DNA from: Isurus oxyrinchus
Taxonomy: Eukaryota
Direction of reading: 5' to 3'
NCBI GenBank assembly: GCA_026770705.1
Contig: JANJGN010000140.1
Span: 682,001 to 746,000, forward strand
Length of the DNA stretch: 64,000 bases
Numbering within the stretch: position 1 is the first letter of the stretch; every line of letters begins with the position of its first letter. This document shows positions 1 through 11,542 of the stretch, in pieces. The notes under the pieces are model-generated. The model had not been told where the DNA came from and made no database searches. It saw only the letters and a program-made list of their open reading frames with translations. A program made the position numbers and the translations under genes.

Positions 1-450
1 TTGGTGTAGTGCCGGGTCACCGTTCAGCCCCTCGAACTCATTGGCTTTACTGGTCAGGCTGAGGGACTGACGGGAAGCGCCATCTCTCAAACACCACCCG
101 ATACAAACACACGCATCGACCTCCCAGTTCATTATTGCGGGGATTTGAAGGCGGCAGCGTAACTGGCAGAAAGAAAAGCTCCCCTCCCCCACCTCTGTAC
201 CCCAGAGTATTGCAGGAGGACCTTTCACATCCGGATCACAATCCAAATGAAGAGTCAAAAAATTGCAGTCTCCTTTTATAAACCTGTCTCTTAGTCACAG
301 ACTTAGCCAGCGACCCGGGAACCGTGCGGCCCATCAATGATCAGAGCGGAACTGTCCTGTGCAAATCAACTCAGCACCCACCTAAATATTTAGGTCCAGC
401 TCTGAGGTCCGGTCTCCCAGTGCAGTCCGGGTCTACAGTCTCCAGCGCCC

Positions 451-461
451 CGTCATATAAA
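451..461 (+). promoter_or_regulatory. CRE half-site plus TATA box of NAR-TCR V promoter
   Basis: CGTCATATAAA about 25 nt upstream of the leader; conserved in the inverted paralog at ~18268-18278. Confidence 0.55.
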
Positions 462-482
462 CCCTCAGCTCCAGGCAGCAGA

Positions 483-965
483 ACGATTGGAATTCTCTTT
501 CTTTTCACCCTGTGTGTCCGCTTACCCCGTGAGTACCGATCAAACAAACCGACACTGTGTTTGTTTAATATAAAGCTGCCCGAGTCCATCCCAACTCCAG
601 ACAATGTCCGGGGTTTTGACCCCGCTCTGTGGTTCGGCTCTGATGGTCCATTAAACTCTCTCTGTTTAATTTCCAGGCTCTTTCAGTCAGTCAGTGGTAC
701 AGACCCCGGCAGCGGTGACCAGGAAGGAGTGTCAGTCCCTCACCATCACCTGCGTTTTCTATGGTGGCTTTTTCTCTCGTCCTTTGACGGGCGGGGATTT
801 CTTCAGACAAACCCAGACCGGGAGCGGATCTCCAGTGAGGGGAGATTTGTTGTGTCGGTGAATAAAGCAGAAAATGCATTTTCGCTGGAAATTAGGGATC
901 TGAGAGTTGGAAACACCACCACCTATTACTGTAAAGCTCTGTATATGTACAGCATGCGGTACAGT
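483..965 (+). pseudogene. NAR-TCR (IgNAR-like) V segment, pseudogene, apparently germline-joined to D
   Basis: Leader 483-528 (start mutated to ACG; GTGAGT donor). V exon from 677 reads SFSQSVVQTPAAVTRKECQSLTITCVFYGGF...FFRQTQTG. A 10-nt deletion relative to the paralog shifts the frame to RERISSEGRFVVSVNKAENAFSLEIRDLRVGNTTTYYCKA, an IgNAR-like FR3 with no CDR2. Extra FR1 Cys. No 23-RSS after V; it runs into a D-like tract. Confidence 0.9.
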
Positions 966-993
966 CAGAGTGGGGCAGACCGGAGCAAATATC
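966..993 (+). promoter_or_regulatory. 12-RSS (3' D-type), heptamer mutated
   Basis: CAGAGTG-12nt-GCAAATATC; paralogous to the D 3' RSS at 17325-17352 (CACAGTG-12-GCAAATATC). Confidence 0.85.
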
Positions 994-1306
994 TCTGTAC
1001 GATCACTGTTTAAATTCTCTGGGCCCGGATAGGAAATTGTTGGGTTGATGTTATTATCACTGTAATCTGGTTATATTTCTTGTAATTTCCACCATTCAGT
1101 TATCTTTCTTTGATAATTTTTCGGTTTATATGAAGCAAACATCTCCTTCCCGGGGCCATTTACTCAGAGCTCAGGGCCTCACAAAGAACAGTTTGAACCG
1201 ACAGAAGCTTTGAAACATTGAATATTTTACACTTATTTTAATCCGCTCAATAACTGGGCAGTTTCTACTGTCTGATGATGATTTCCCTGCAGTTTGAGGT
1301 GTCAAT

Positions 1307-1398
1307 GATTGTTGTACCGGAGAGACTGAGAGCGGGATCACTGTGCTGAAAATAAGATTATGTGGATGGATCCGGGACGGTGGTGACTGTCACAGCCG
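1307..1398 (+). other. NAR-TCR J segment (1346-1398) with 23-RSS (1307-1345)
   Basis: GATTGTTGT-23-CACTGTG, then ..DYVDGSGTVVTVTA and a GTAAGT donor. IgNAR-type DGxGT motif. Two in-frame stops at the trimmable 5' end. Confidence 0.9.
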
Positions 1399-2254
1399 GT
1401 AAGTGACTCCAAACCCCGCCGGGTTACAGCCTGTCTCGGGTAATGTTCACCGTCAGTTTATTATTGATATCAGTGGAGTTTGGGTGAGATGTGGGAGTTG
1501 ACAGAATCTGGACCATTATTGGTTTAATGGGCACATCGGGGACAACATCAACATCATGGACTCTCACGCTCTGAATCGTTTTTAATGAGCGCAGATTGTC
1601 GACAATCCGGACTCCACTCCTGGTGTGAACTGTGACCGAGGGCTCTCTGTCTGTCCCTTAGAGCCCGGGAGCGAGGTCACAGATCTCTCTACTGGGCAGC
1701 AGATTGCAGTCCGACCTGAGCAATGTGAATGAGGTACCGAGTGAATAAACTCAACACAACTATGGCCAGTTCAGATACCTGCAGCGGCTCGTTCAATACC
1801 TGACCCGGGAGAGAAATGGGAGAGTGACACAAGGGACTTCAGATATAAGACCCTGATGTGGGTCCAGATGGAATTTTATGATTGGGCAACCAGTGACTAA
1901 AATTAGTGACATTGACCCCGCCACTTCTCTCAATTGCCATCATATAACCAATCACTTTCCTCCTTTTCCGCTGTCAGATGTGCAGGTTTGGAATTGCAGA
2001 CATTTCTCTATATTGAATGTAAATGTTTGAGAAATGGGATTGCTGTAGTTTATCTGTGTCCCTGATTACTGTTAATTAAAACAGCACAGCGCACTGAGAG
2101 ACTGAGTATTGTGTATTAATCTTATAAAGGAGAACAGGTACCTTAGGAAACATTTACAATCTGGGGGAATGTTCATTTCGAAGCAGCAAGAAATAATTAA
2201 TCGAAAGGGAGAGAAGGATTGGAGAATCTCTGGCCCATTCAAATTACAATCCGA

Positions 2255-3325
2255 GCCCATGTTAGTTGATGAGGTGCATGGAGGAATGACTGAAATGGAC
2301 TCCAGTTTAGAATGTTGTGTAAAGTTATGATCTCTTTACTTAAGGAAGGACCTCCTTGTCTTGGAGCTAGTGCAACAAAGGTTCATCAGCCTGATTCGTG
2401 AGATAAAGGGATTGTCTTGTAAGAGGAGGTTGAGTAGCCTGGGCCTATGTTCCCAAGAGTTTAGAGGAATGACATGTAATTTCATTGGAACATTTAACTT
2501 CCAGGACAGTATAGATTCTCGGTGGGTGTTTCCCCAGGGTGTTAAGTCCATAACTACGGGTTACAGTTTCAGAGTAAGGATTCGGCCATGAGAAATGAGA
2601 AGAGAAATTTATTCAGTGAAATCATTGTTGTGAATCTGTGACGTTCTCTACCTCAGAGACCTGTAGTTGAGTGTATTAAAGGAAGTGTTCAATGAATTTT
2701 GGGATGCTAAAAGAATCAATGGATATGGGGACATTGCGCCAAAGCGATGTTGAAATCGAGAATGAGTCAGGCTATTACTGAATGGCGGAAAAGTTTTGAA
2801 AGGTAACATGGTCGCTCGTGCTTCTGTTTGTTATATTAACTGCTTTGATCTGTTACACCTCTGAGAAAAGAAATGAGGAACAATCCACCTCTTTGTGCAG
2901 AGGTTGAACAGGCCGGGTCTCTTGTATCTGGAGAACAGAGAAATAGGAGGAGAATTCATAGAAATCGTTTAAGCAATGGACGGGTTCATTGGAGTATTTG
3001 TGGAATAGCCGTTTATTTGTGGGTGAAGCTAGTGCCATTAACATAAGATAGTCAAAAACAGAACAAATAAAGACACGATGAAGAAGATGTGTAAAAACAG
3101 GCAGGTCAAAATGTGGAACTTGCTGCCCAGGGAGTGGTTGGAGCAAATAGTATTGATACAATTATGGGAATACTTGAAAATACAGAAGGGAGAACGGAAC
3201 AGACTGGCACAGGGAGCTGACTAGAAATTGACAATTAAATTTCAGGCAGATTGGGGCTGGTCTGCAGTAAATACACAGGGATGAATCATTTGAGCCGAAT
3301 GGATTATTCCTCTTCAGGCAGATTC
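2255..3325 (+). mobile_element. Degenerate CR1-type LINE 3' fragments (two)
   Basis: Remnant LELVQQRF...L..LGL.S...RG ORF2 C-terminus and a typical 3' UTR; boundaries approximate. Confidence 0.7.
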
Positions 3326-3329
3326 TGTG

Positions 3330-4885
3330 TAAAGTAAAACTTAGGGAAAACGCCAATCAGACCCGTCAATCAGTCAATGGGCGGAAGAAATTTGCAATTG
3401 TCCGAAGGGCGGACGAGGCAGTTCCCAGTAAGTAACTGTAAAACCACTGCAGAAACTGAACAGACTGAATCCAACCGACAACTGAAAGAATTTGGGACAA
3501 GTTCCCACGATTGCTACCTTCCCATGCAAGATGTGCAAACAGTACAAAGGAAATGGAAAAATAAAATGAAACTAAATGTAAATATATAAAAATACATGTA
3601 AAGGAGAAAAATGAAACCTATTGATAGAAGAAATTATGTTCTTTTTTTGCAAACAAATACTGATTGAAAAACATTCAATTAATCCTTCACCGTACGATTA
3701 CTTTTACAGAACCTTGGTCTCCTAAATTTAAGCTACCACAATCTGAGTATTAGTAATAATGATAGCAATATGTATCAGTGTTCCCACATTGCAGACGATG
3801 ACTCGTGTGATCGGCCACATCGGCCTCTCAGAATTCATGTTGCATGCAGATCACTGCCACTACCTGCTGAAGGGACATCTCATTAGGTTAAATGTGTTTT
3901 AAAATACAAATTGTATTTGTGGTAGCTCTGAGGCAAAACATGTTTATGTCATGCGCTGTTCTGCGCTGTTTCAGGGCAGTAGTATTCAAAATCGGAAAGA
4001 ATTTGGACAATATTTAACGTGCAAAACTTGTGTATGAAGCAGAAAGGTCTTTGTAGATCTTTCTTTTCTTTTCCGATGAATCAGATGAGGTTTATGTCTC
4101 CGATTGCACATCGGGGATCAGCGGCAGCTCATCGGGATCTACTCAAAGGTCAATTCAACAATCGACCACATTTGAGTGATGTATGTTCGGCCGAAAACGT
4201 GTGAGGCCTGTGCTCCTGAAGTCGTTCCTTGGCCATTTTCTGCCCTTTGGTTAGCTGCCTGGATTATTCAGCAGCCACATGTCCTTCTCCCCTTCAGTTT
4301 CCAGGAGCAAGGCTTATTTCAACAGAACGTGTTGTTTGATCCAGGGCAGTTTATACACAATGACAAGATTTCACCAAGGCAGTGAGTGTGAGCTTTAAAC
4401 CATGTCCCAAACACAGTTTCCACACCCATTTCATTGTCCCTCTGAGTGTGGCTTCATTTTTTATCACTGGAACTGGAAACTCTGAATTATCCAGACCTGG
4501 AAATCAAACGTTGCTTGCTGCAATCATCATTTCACCATTACTCAGTTGGACCGAATAGCGTTTTCATCTTCTGCAGATCCTGTACAATGTAAAACCTAGT
4601 GAAATCTCCACCCAGAGCACCCGGGACAGAATCAGTCAATGGGCGGAAAGAACCGAAATTGTCAGAGAGCCGGAAGAAGCAGTTCCCAGTAAGTAACAGT
4701 AAAACCACTGTGGAAACTGAACAGACTGAAACAAACCGACAACTGAGAGACTTTGGGACAAGTTCCCACGATTGTAAAAAGCACGAACAGCACAAAGGAA
4801 ATGTAAAAATGAAGGGGAACTGAATGTAAAGATTTCAAGTTTAATGGAAATGGAATAAATTAGACCCTGTTGATGGATGAAAATA
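3330..4885 (+). repeat. Direct duplication of a ~300-bp intronic element (3330-3640 and 4580-4885); third copy inverted at ~14740-15050
   Basis: Shared core GCAGTTCCCAGTAAGTAAC.GTAAAACCACTG..GAAACTGAACAGACTGAA..CAACCGACAACTGA.AGA.TTTGGGACAAGTTCCCACGATTG. Confidence 0.85.
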
Positions 4886-5546
4886 GGGAAATGGAAGGAA
4901 CGGCAGATTGGAACTCCAGAGCAGTGTTAAACTGCAGTAAATAATTGACCTTTGACCATTGATGTTCACTATCAGTTTGGCCCAATCGGATCATTAAGCT
5001 CATCGCTTTTTGTTGGATCTTGCTGTGTTCAGTGATGCAATGCAGCTGTGTCGCTACCGATTAATTATTTTTGGTAATTGATTACGTCACTGATAATAAG
5101 ACATTCCTTCCGGTTTGTCTCTCACCAAAGAAAATACAAACAGAAATTTAATATACATCACAGAAACATCCAACACGGAAGGATGACATTCAGGCACTTG
5201 TGCATTGGCTGCCCCTTTAAAAGTGCAATCCAATTGTCCCCGTTAACCAGACATTTTCCCGTAGACATGCATTTATCCCTGTTCCAGCACAGATCCATCA
5301 TCCTTTTGAAAGTTACTGTTGAATCTGCTCCTATCACCCATTTTCACCGTGCATTCCAGATGTGAATAACTTGCTCTGCAAAATAAATTATCATCCTCAT
5401 GTATCATCTTGACCACATTTAATAACCGTGAATACAGTTCGAACAGGCACCAAGTGAAGGAAACCGCAAAATCAAGAGCTATTAACAAATTCCCCCGGGA
5501 AAACAGTGGTTACGCCGAGAAATAATGTTTATTTTTGACCCTACAG

Positions 5547-5885
5547 ATTCCAGTTCTCTGGTATCCCAGAGTCCGCATTTCCAAGCCTCTGCTGCCGGTG
5601 ACCCCGTTACTTTAAACTGTGAATACTCAGGGTTCTGTCAGTACACAGTACACTGGTACTGTCAATCTCCAGGACAGGAATACCTGCTTGAGCGACACAC
5701 TTCAGGAGAGGAGAAGAAAGAAAACGCTGCCAGGGGGAGAATTTCTGCTTCTATCAATTCGGCCGAGAAAAGTAGCCAGTTAATGATCTCCAAACCACAA
5801 CTGAGTGACTCCGCTGTGTATTACTGTGCACTGAGTCGACGCATAGCGCGGTGATACAGAGCATGGAGACATCTGTACAAATACA
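5547..5885 (+). CDS. Leaderless NAR-TCR-supporting TCRdelta V (exon 5547-5846); ORF intact, 23-RSS heptamer defective
   Basis: Acceptor CTACAG|, then DSSSLVSQ...VTLNCEYSGFCQYTVHWYCQ...LSDSAVYYCALSRRI. CDR1 Cys is typical of supporting V. RSS CGCGGTG-23-ACAAATACA (5847-5885). No leader exon upstream. Confidence 0.88.
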
Positions 5886-6289
5886 TGAACATGGTGGAGA
5901 TTGCACTGCCTCCATAACTCACCATGATGCCCGGTGGATCCTGAAACAAGGGCCCCATTTCCTCAGTGGGTTGAATGGTCATAAATATCGGTGTCAAACA
6001 GGTAAGGCAACATGTTATCAAAATAAGAAACACAGTAACAACAGAGTCTCAGGCCCACAACAGTAACTTCATAAATCCTGGACCACATGGTATGGGACAC
6101 AACACACCCTCCACGTGAACAGTCGAGTTACATGAGGGAACCATCTGAAGCATGCGTAGGAATTTACATCTCTGCGAGGCATGAGTGGAAATGGTAGCTT
6201 CGATGACTGACTGACAGGTTGTATATCAATTTTCATCCCCCCCCTCCTACCCAACCAACACCACCCCCGCCCCCAAATCAACATCACAG

Positions 6290-6460
6290 AAGTAGATCAC
6301 CAGGTCATTCTCACCTTGTTGTTTATGGAAGCTTTCCGTGTGTAAATTGCCTGTCATGTTTCCCACATAAAGACACTCTAGAGCCTTTTTTGACTGTTAA
6401 GTGTTTTGTAAACTTCTGATGTCATGAAAGGCGCTTTATAAATGCATGCTTTTTTTCTTT
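6290..6460 (+). mobile_element. Deu-domain SINE (SacSINE1/AmnSINE-like) 3' fragment
   Basis: GGTCATT.TCAC.TTG.TGTTT.TGG.AGCTT...GTG.G.AAATTG and tail GAAAGGCGCT.TATAAATGCA. Confidence 0.6.
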
Positions 6461-8360
6461 CTCTATTGCAAATCAGAGCCGGAAGATGGGACTGAATTCG
6501 CAACCTGAGCGCAGTGTTAACTGTTATATTAAAACTCAGTATTTGGACCTTCTGTCTCTCGGTGTCTCTCTCTCTCTCTCCTTTTCCATTTTTCTTGCTC
6601 TCTTTGAGTGTCTTTGTGTCACTCTGTAGCTCTTTATTTCCATATCTCTATCTCTGAATTGATTTGCGTCTTGAAGGGAGTTGAAGAAAGAAATATGCAG
6701 ACAAATTAAGGAATGTAGTTAACAGAATATTAATAATAGTGCGTGCACTACCTAGTATTACTTCACCAGAAGTATGTAAAGGGGCTAAGGGAATGGAGTT
6801 CCCACAGTGTGCACTGTTGTCTTTATAAAGCAAAATGCAAAAAACGAAGAACAGCAAGGTAACGGGGAGTGAAACAAATTAGGGTGAGAAGTAAAGCCAG
6901 AAGAACATCTGGGCATTGCTGACCATAACGTTGTAATGCTTTGAGATGGGGTTAGGGGTAGAATAAGTTTTGACACCAACTAATCATCTAGTTGATTGAA
7001 CGCTGGGCAGGTAATTCCAGTGAAGCAGGATGGTCCAGTGATTGAGAAAATTAACATAAAATTGATACATGAATGCTCATGTGCGTTTGAACTCCATTTC
7101 TGCGAGTTTCTTTACCAGTGCTGCTCCCACTTTTGCTGATTAAGGAAAATGGAGGTAAGGTACTGAAGTTCTTGGGCAGATCAAAGATTCTCTTAGTAAA
7201 TGTCGAGCAGACTCGAGGGGCTGAATGGCCTCCTCCTGTTCCTATACCGGAATATTATGTCTTCAGATGCAGAGATAGGTTTTTCCGATGGAGAGAGATG
7301 CAGAGACGGGGAGATTCAGATACACAGAAAGAGAGAATGTTGGACTGACAGGGAAATAACGAGCAATTTATGTAAACAAAGACATTTTGGCAGAGTGTGT
7401 GACAATGAGGGATGCGTTGAGGGGTTTAAAAGGCAATCTTGGAAAATTGGTGCTTGAAGACAAATGAGATTTAATTGAAGGCAATTGATTAAAAACATTA
7501 AATACAGTAGTGTTTAACAAAGCAATGACATAAAATGGGCGGATGTATGAACCCCTTCTATTTCTGTGCTACATCTCCCCATTTTCTCATAGTTCAATAA
7601 GAACAACTAATAAATAAAAGGAGGTGAGGGGGAATGCTAGAGACTGCCGCTCTCAATAACCACAGTTTTCTAACCTTCTAACCCCAGTGCCTGAGAAACG
7701 TGCAGCTTTTAACCGTTTTCACTGTTCAGTTTCCTTATTTCAAACATCAAAGTAAAACGAGCGGTTCCTGCAGTGCGGTTGCCGACAGCTCGATGTCCGT
7801 TGATCAGTAGAACCGGATTTAGTCACATTGAAATCACACAATGGGACAAAATTAAAGCACAATTAGCTGGAAATCAATAACTGAAGCTGAGGGTTTTATA
7901 GAATAAGCTGCGGACTCTCTCTCTCTTTGTCTGTCTGTTTCTTTCTGCTTCTATATCTTTCTATATCTGTCCCTTTCTCTGTCTGCCCCTCTCACGCTTT
8001 GTCAATCGCTTTCTCCTTCTCCATTTAAATGTCTGGTTTTGCCTGTGCCTCCCTCCGTTGTCTCTCGCAGTCTCACCCTCCCTCTCTCTTTCTCTCTCTC
8101 ACGCACACACTTTCTGCTCTCTGCGTCAATCTTTGTCTCCATCCTCTGTATCTTTCAGTGTCTCGGCATATTTTCCTCTCTTTCTCTCCCTCTGTCTCTC
8201 ACTTTTCCTCTTTCTTTCTACTTTCCTTGGCTTTCGCTTTCCCTATAACAGGCTCTACTTTCACTGTTTCCAATCGGAAGTTACTGGTTCTTTCAGAGGC
8301 GAAGATTCAGAGTTCACACACTGAACTCCCATCATTGAGGTTATATGGCAACCCACCGAT

Positions 8361-8704
8361 AGTTTCCGTACAGGGCCTGTATTAGTTTGTATCACTGCGA
8401 ATATTCAGCACACAATAGTAAATCCCACTGGCACTCAGCTCAACATCTGTCAGGGGTAAGCTGAAAAAACGGTCAGATACTGGGGGTATTGAAAAGACTC
8501 GGCCTCCAACACGCCCTGCTTCCTGCCCTCCCTCAGAATTCATTTTGATTAAAAGCACCGGCGCCTCCCCCGTTCTTTGTCTGTACTAGAACAGATCATA
8601 TCGGCGGCTGTCCGTGGAGTATGAACAGGACAACACCATATGTCCTTCCACTATACATAATACTGATGATGCAGGTTGCTTAATTATATTTGAGCATCAC
8701 AGAC
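8361..8704 (-). pseudogene. TCRalpha/delta V pseudogene (exon 8400-8704) with 23-RSS; no leader found
   Basis: L*CSNIIKQPASS...VLSCSYSTDSRRYDLF*YRQRTGEAPVLLI...DVELSASGIYYCVLNI (two stops). RSS CGCAGTG-23-ACGGAAACT. Confidence 0.88.
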
Positions 8705-8759
8705 CTTCGAATATTCAATGAACAGAATACAAATGGATGTTTAGGTCCTAGAGACATCA

Positions 8760-9800
8760 ATGAATGCTTGTTCCTTTCCTTCATCGGACCATCATCGAAT
8801 GAGGCCATACAGCACATCATGTCTATGTAGCCTCTTTGGTAGGGGCACCAAATTGTTCCCACTCCACTGTTTGCTCCCCTTTGCCTTGCAAATTTTCTCA
8901 TTTCAAGCAGTTACCCAATTATGTTTTTGACATTTGATATTGAAGCTGCTTCCACCAACATATCCAGCAGCTTATTCCGCAGCACAACAACTCAGAGTGA
9001 AAATAAATGGCTGCTCGGATTCCCTCTGATTCTTTTGTAAATGAATTTAAATCCAAGTCCTCTGATTATGGAGCTTTCCACCACTAGATGCAACTTCCCT
9101 CATTTATTCAACTAAAACAGTTAATAATTGTCAATATCGCAAACAAATCTCCTCCCAATCTTTTATGTTGTACAGAGAACAGCCACAGATTCTCCAGTCT
9201 CACCACAAAGCTAAAGCCCCTCATCAGTTGTGCCTTCCAAGTAAATCTCTCCCGCACCTTCTCCAAGACCCTCAAATCATTTATCGTGTGTGGTTCAGAT
9301 ATTCATAGATAACAGTCCAACTGAGACCTTACCAGCTTTGTAGAAATGTTTAGCATAGCATCTTTTTCCTCTTGATAAAAGCAAGAACTTAAAATGTTCT
9401 TTACAGGATTCTCAGCCATCACTGCCAACTTCAAAGTTTTGAGCACATTGCACCGTAACCATCTCTCTGTTCCTACAGCGCTGATCAAATTGCATCATTT
9501 AGTTTATATCGGATATCCTCATTATTCCCACCAAAATGCATCATTTCACAAATACCATCTGATACAGTCCAGGCAAATTGAAATGTCCATGTCCTCCTGA
9601 AGTTTGTTACATTTGCCCCATTGTTTATTACAAAGTGAGATCCCCGTCATCTGCAAAGCCTGAACCAACTATACCAGGGATAAGTTATTACATTAATATG
9701 CTTATTGGATTACGGTTTACAAATAATTATTATGCATACATCACTGGCCCAAGTACCGAAGTTTAAGGAAAGCAGTTGTAAGCTTCATCTAAATTAAAAT
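8760..9800 (-). mobile_element. Old CR1-type LINE fragment
   Basis: Reverse-oriented degenerate CR1 3' end and RT remnants; boundaries approximate. Confidence 0.55.
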
Positions 9801-9814
9801 GAACAATTGATTAG

Positions 9815-10560
9815 GTCCATCCATCTATCCAGCCGTCATTCACTTTCACCCCTTTGCATCCGCCCGCACATCCAGCCATCCATTAATGCATCAGGCATTA
9901 TCTATCCATCTATCCTTCTATCCATCTCCCCTTTCATTCATCCATCCATCCATCTATCCTCCTCTCCGTCCTTCCATCCATCCGCCCATCCACCTGTCCC
10001 TCCTTCCTTCAGTCCATCTGTCCACCCGCCCACCCATCCATAAGTCCATCCGCCCATATGTCCATCTGTGCATGCATCCATNNNNNNNNNNNNNNNNNNN
10101 NNNNNNNNNNNNNNNNNNNNNNNNNNNNNNNNNNNNNNNNNNNNNNNNNNNNNNNNNNNNNNNNNNNNNNNNNNNNNNNNNNNNNNNNNNNNNNNNNNNN
10201 NNNNNNNNNNNNNNNNNNNNNTGTTCATCCAACAACCTATCCATCCGACAACCCACCTAATTTATTATTCCGTTTGTCACACCCTAACCCTCTTGCTGGT
10301 CACACCACAAGCCCTCATTCGTCAGATGCACGTCTATTTCAGGAAATGTCTATAGTTTTCTCCGCCTTTCTGCTTCTTTCTCTCTCTTTTAATTGAGCAT
10401 CTTCTCTCTCTGTCTCTTTTCCTCTGTCTCTCTCTTTCTTTCTCTCTGTCTCTCTCTCCCTTTCTCTCTGTCTCTCTCATTCTGTTTCTTCTTTCTCTGT
10501 CCCTCCTTTTATGTCTCTTTTTCTCTTTCTTCTATCTCTATTTTTTCTTTCTCTCCCACA
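9815..10560. repeat. (ATCC)n microsatellite containing an assembly gap, then a (TC)n tract
   Basis: Directly visible. Confidence 0.9.
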
Positions 10561-11410
10561 GATTTACGCCCCTGCAAATTCTCGCCCTTGCAAAGTCCCC
10601 CTCCCCGCAGTTTTCCACCAGTGAAAAATCCCCCTTGCAGGTTCTTTCCACCCCACAAATCCACCCTCCCCCCCGGCAAAATCTTCCATGTGCAAATTTC
10701 CCCCACCTGCAACTTCCACCCTGTGCAAATTCCCTCATGTGCAAATACCACATCCACAATTTCGACCTCCCCCCGCACATTCCGCTCTGTGCAAATTACA
10801 AACTGTGCAAACTTACTTCCCCACAAATTCCCCTCCGCAAATTCAGCCTCTGTATGTTCTATTCTCCTTTACAGCCCCACAGTTTCCCCCCATGCAAAAT
10901 TTTCTCCCTGCAAATTGGCCCTGTGCAAATTTCTACCTCCCGCAAATTTCTCCCCCATGCAAATTTACTCCCCCTGAAAAATTTCCCCCTGCAAATTTCC
11001 CAACTTGCAAGTTTGCCCCTGCAAATTTACCCCTCCAGATTATCTCCCCACTGCAAATTCCCTCGTGCGATTTTCTCTCTGTGCAAACTCCCGCCTCACA
11101 AATGTTCTGCTGTGAAAATTTCTCCCACCTTAAATTTCTCCTTGTACAAATGTCTTCCCGCCCGGCAAATTCCCTCCTGCACAAATTCCACCCCCACAAA
11201 TTCAACCCATGCAAATTTCCCCCATGTGCAAGTTTCCCCCCGTGCAAATTCTCTCTCCCCGCAATTTTCCACCTGTGTAAATTCCCCCTGCAGATTCTGT
11301 CACCCCGCAAATTCCACACCGTGCAAATTTACCCCCGCAAATTTACCCCCCAGGCCCAAATTCTCCCCTCCACAAATTACCACACCACCCCCCCCACCCC
11401 GCAAATAAAT
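10561..11410. repeat. Degenerate ~15-17-bp minisatellite, unit ~TGCAAATTYCCCCC
   Basis: About 18 exact TGCAAA cores plus many variants. Exact ATGCAAAT at 10957-10964 and 11209-11216. G-rich on the minus strand. Confidence 0.9.
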
Positions 11411-11542
11411 TCCCTAGGTTCATCATTCTGGACGGCAGTTTGAAATTCACTGGCCCCCGCGCCCCCCCCCCCCCACCTTTTTGCAATAATTTCTGTTTGC
11501 CGAATGAGTCTTCTCAAATAGATACCAACAGGTTATACTCAC

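Noticed and set aside
324-1013. 229-aa ORF as a single gene
   Set aside because: Chance read-through of promoter, leader, intron and a frameshifted V exon.
3930-4430. J-like remnants (e.g. minus-strand WKLCLGHGLKLTLT ~4380-4425; CATTGTG at ~4356-4362; plus-strand EFGQYLT)
   Set aside because: No convincing heptamer, spacer and nonamer with a donor; the FGxG motif needs indels.
10393-11443. Long ORFs of 194-257 aa
   Set aside because: Products of low-complexity repeat lacking stop codons.
5900-11540. TCRdelta constant exons downstream of the J
   Set aside because: No C1-set, transmembrane or connecting-peptide exon recognised; the 140-N gap cannot be read.
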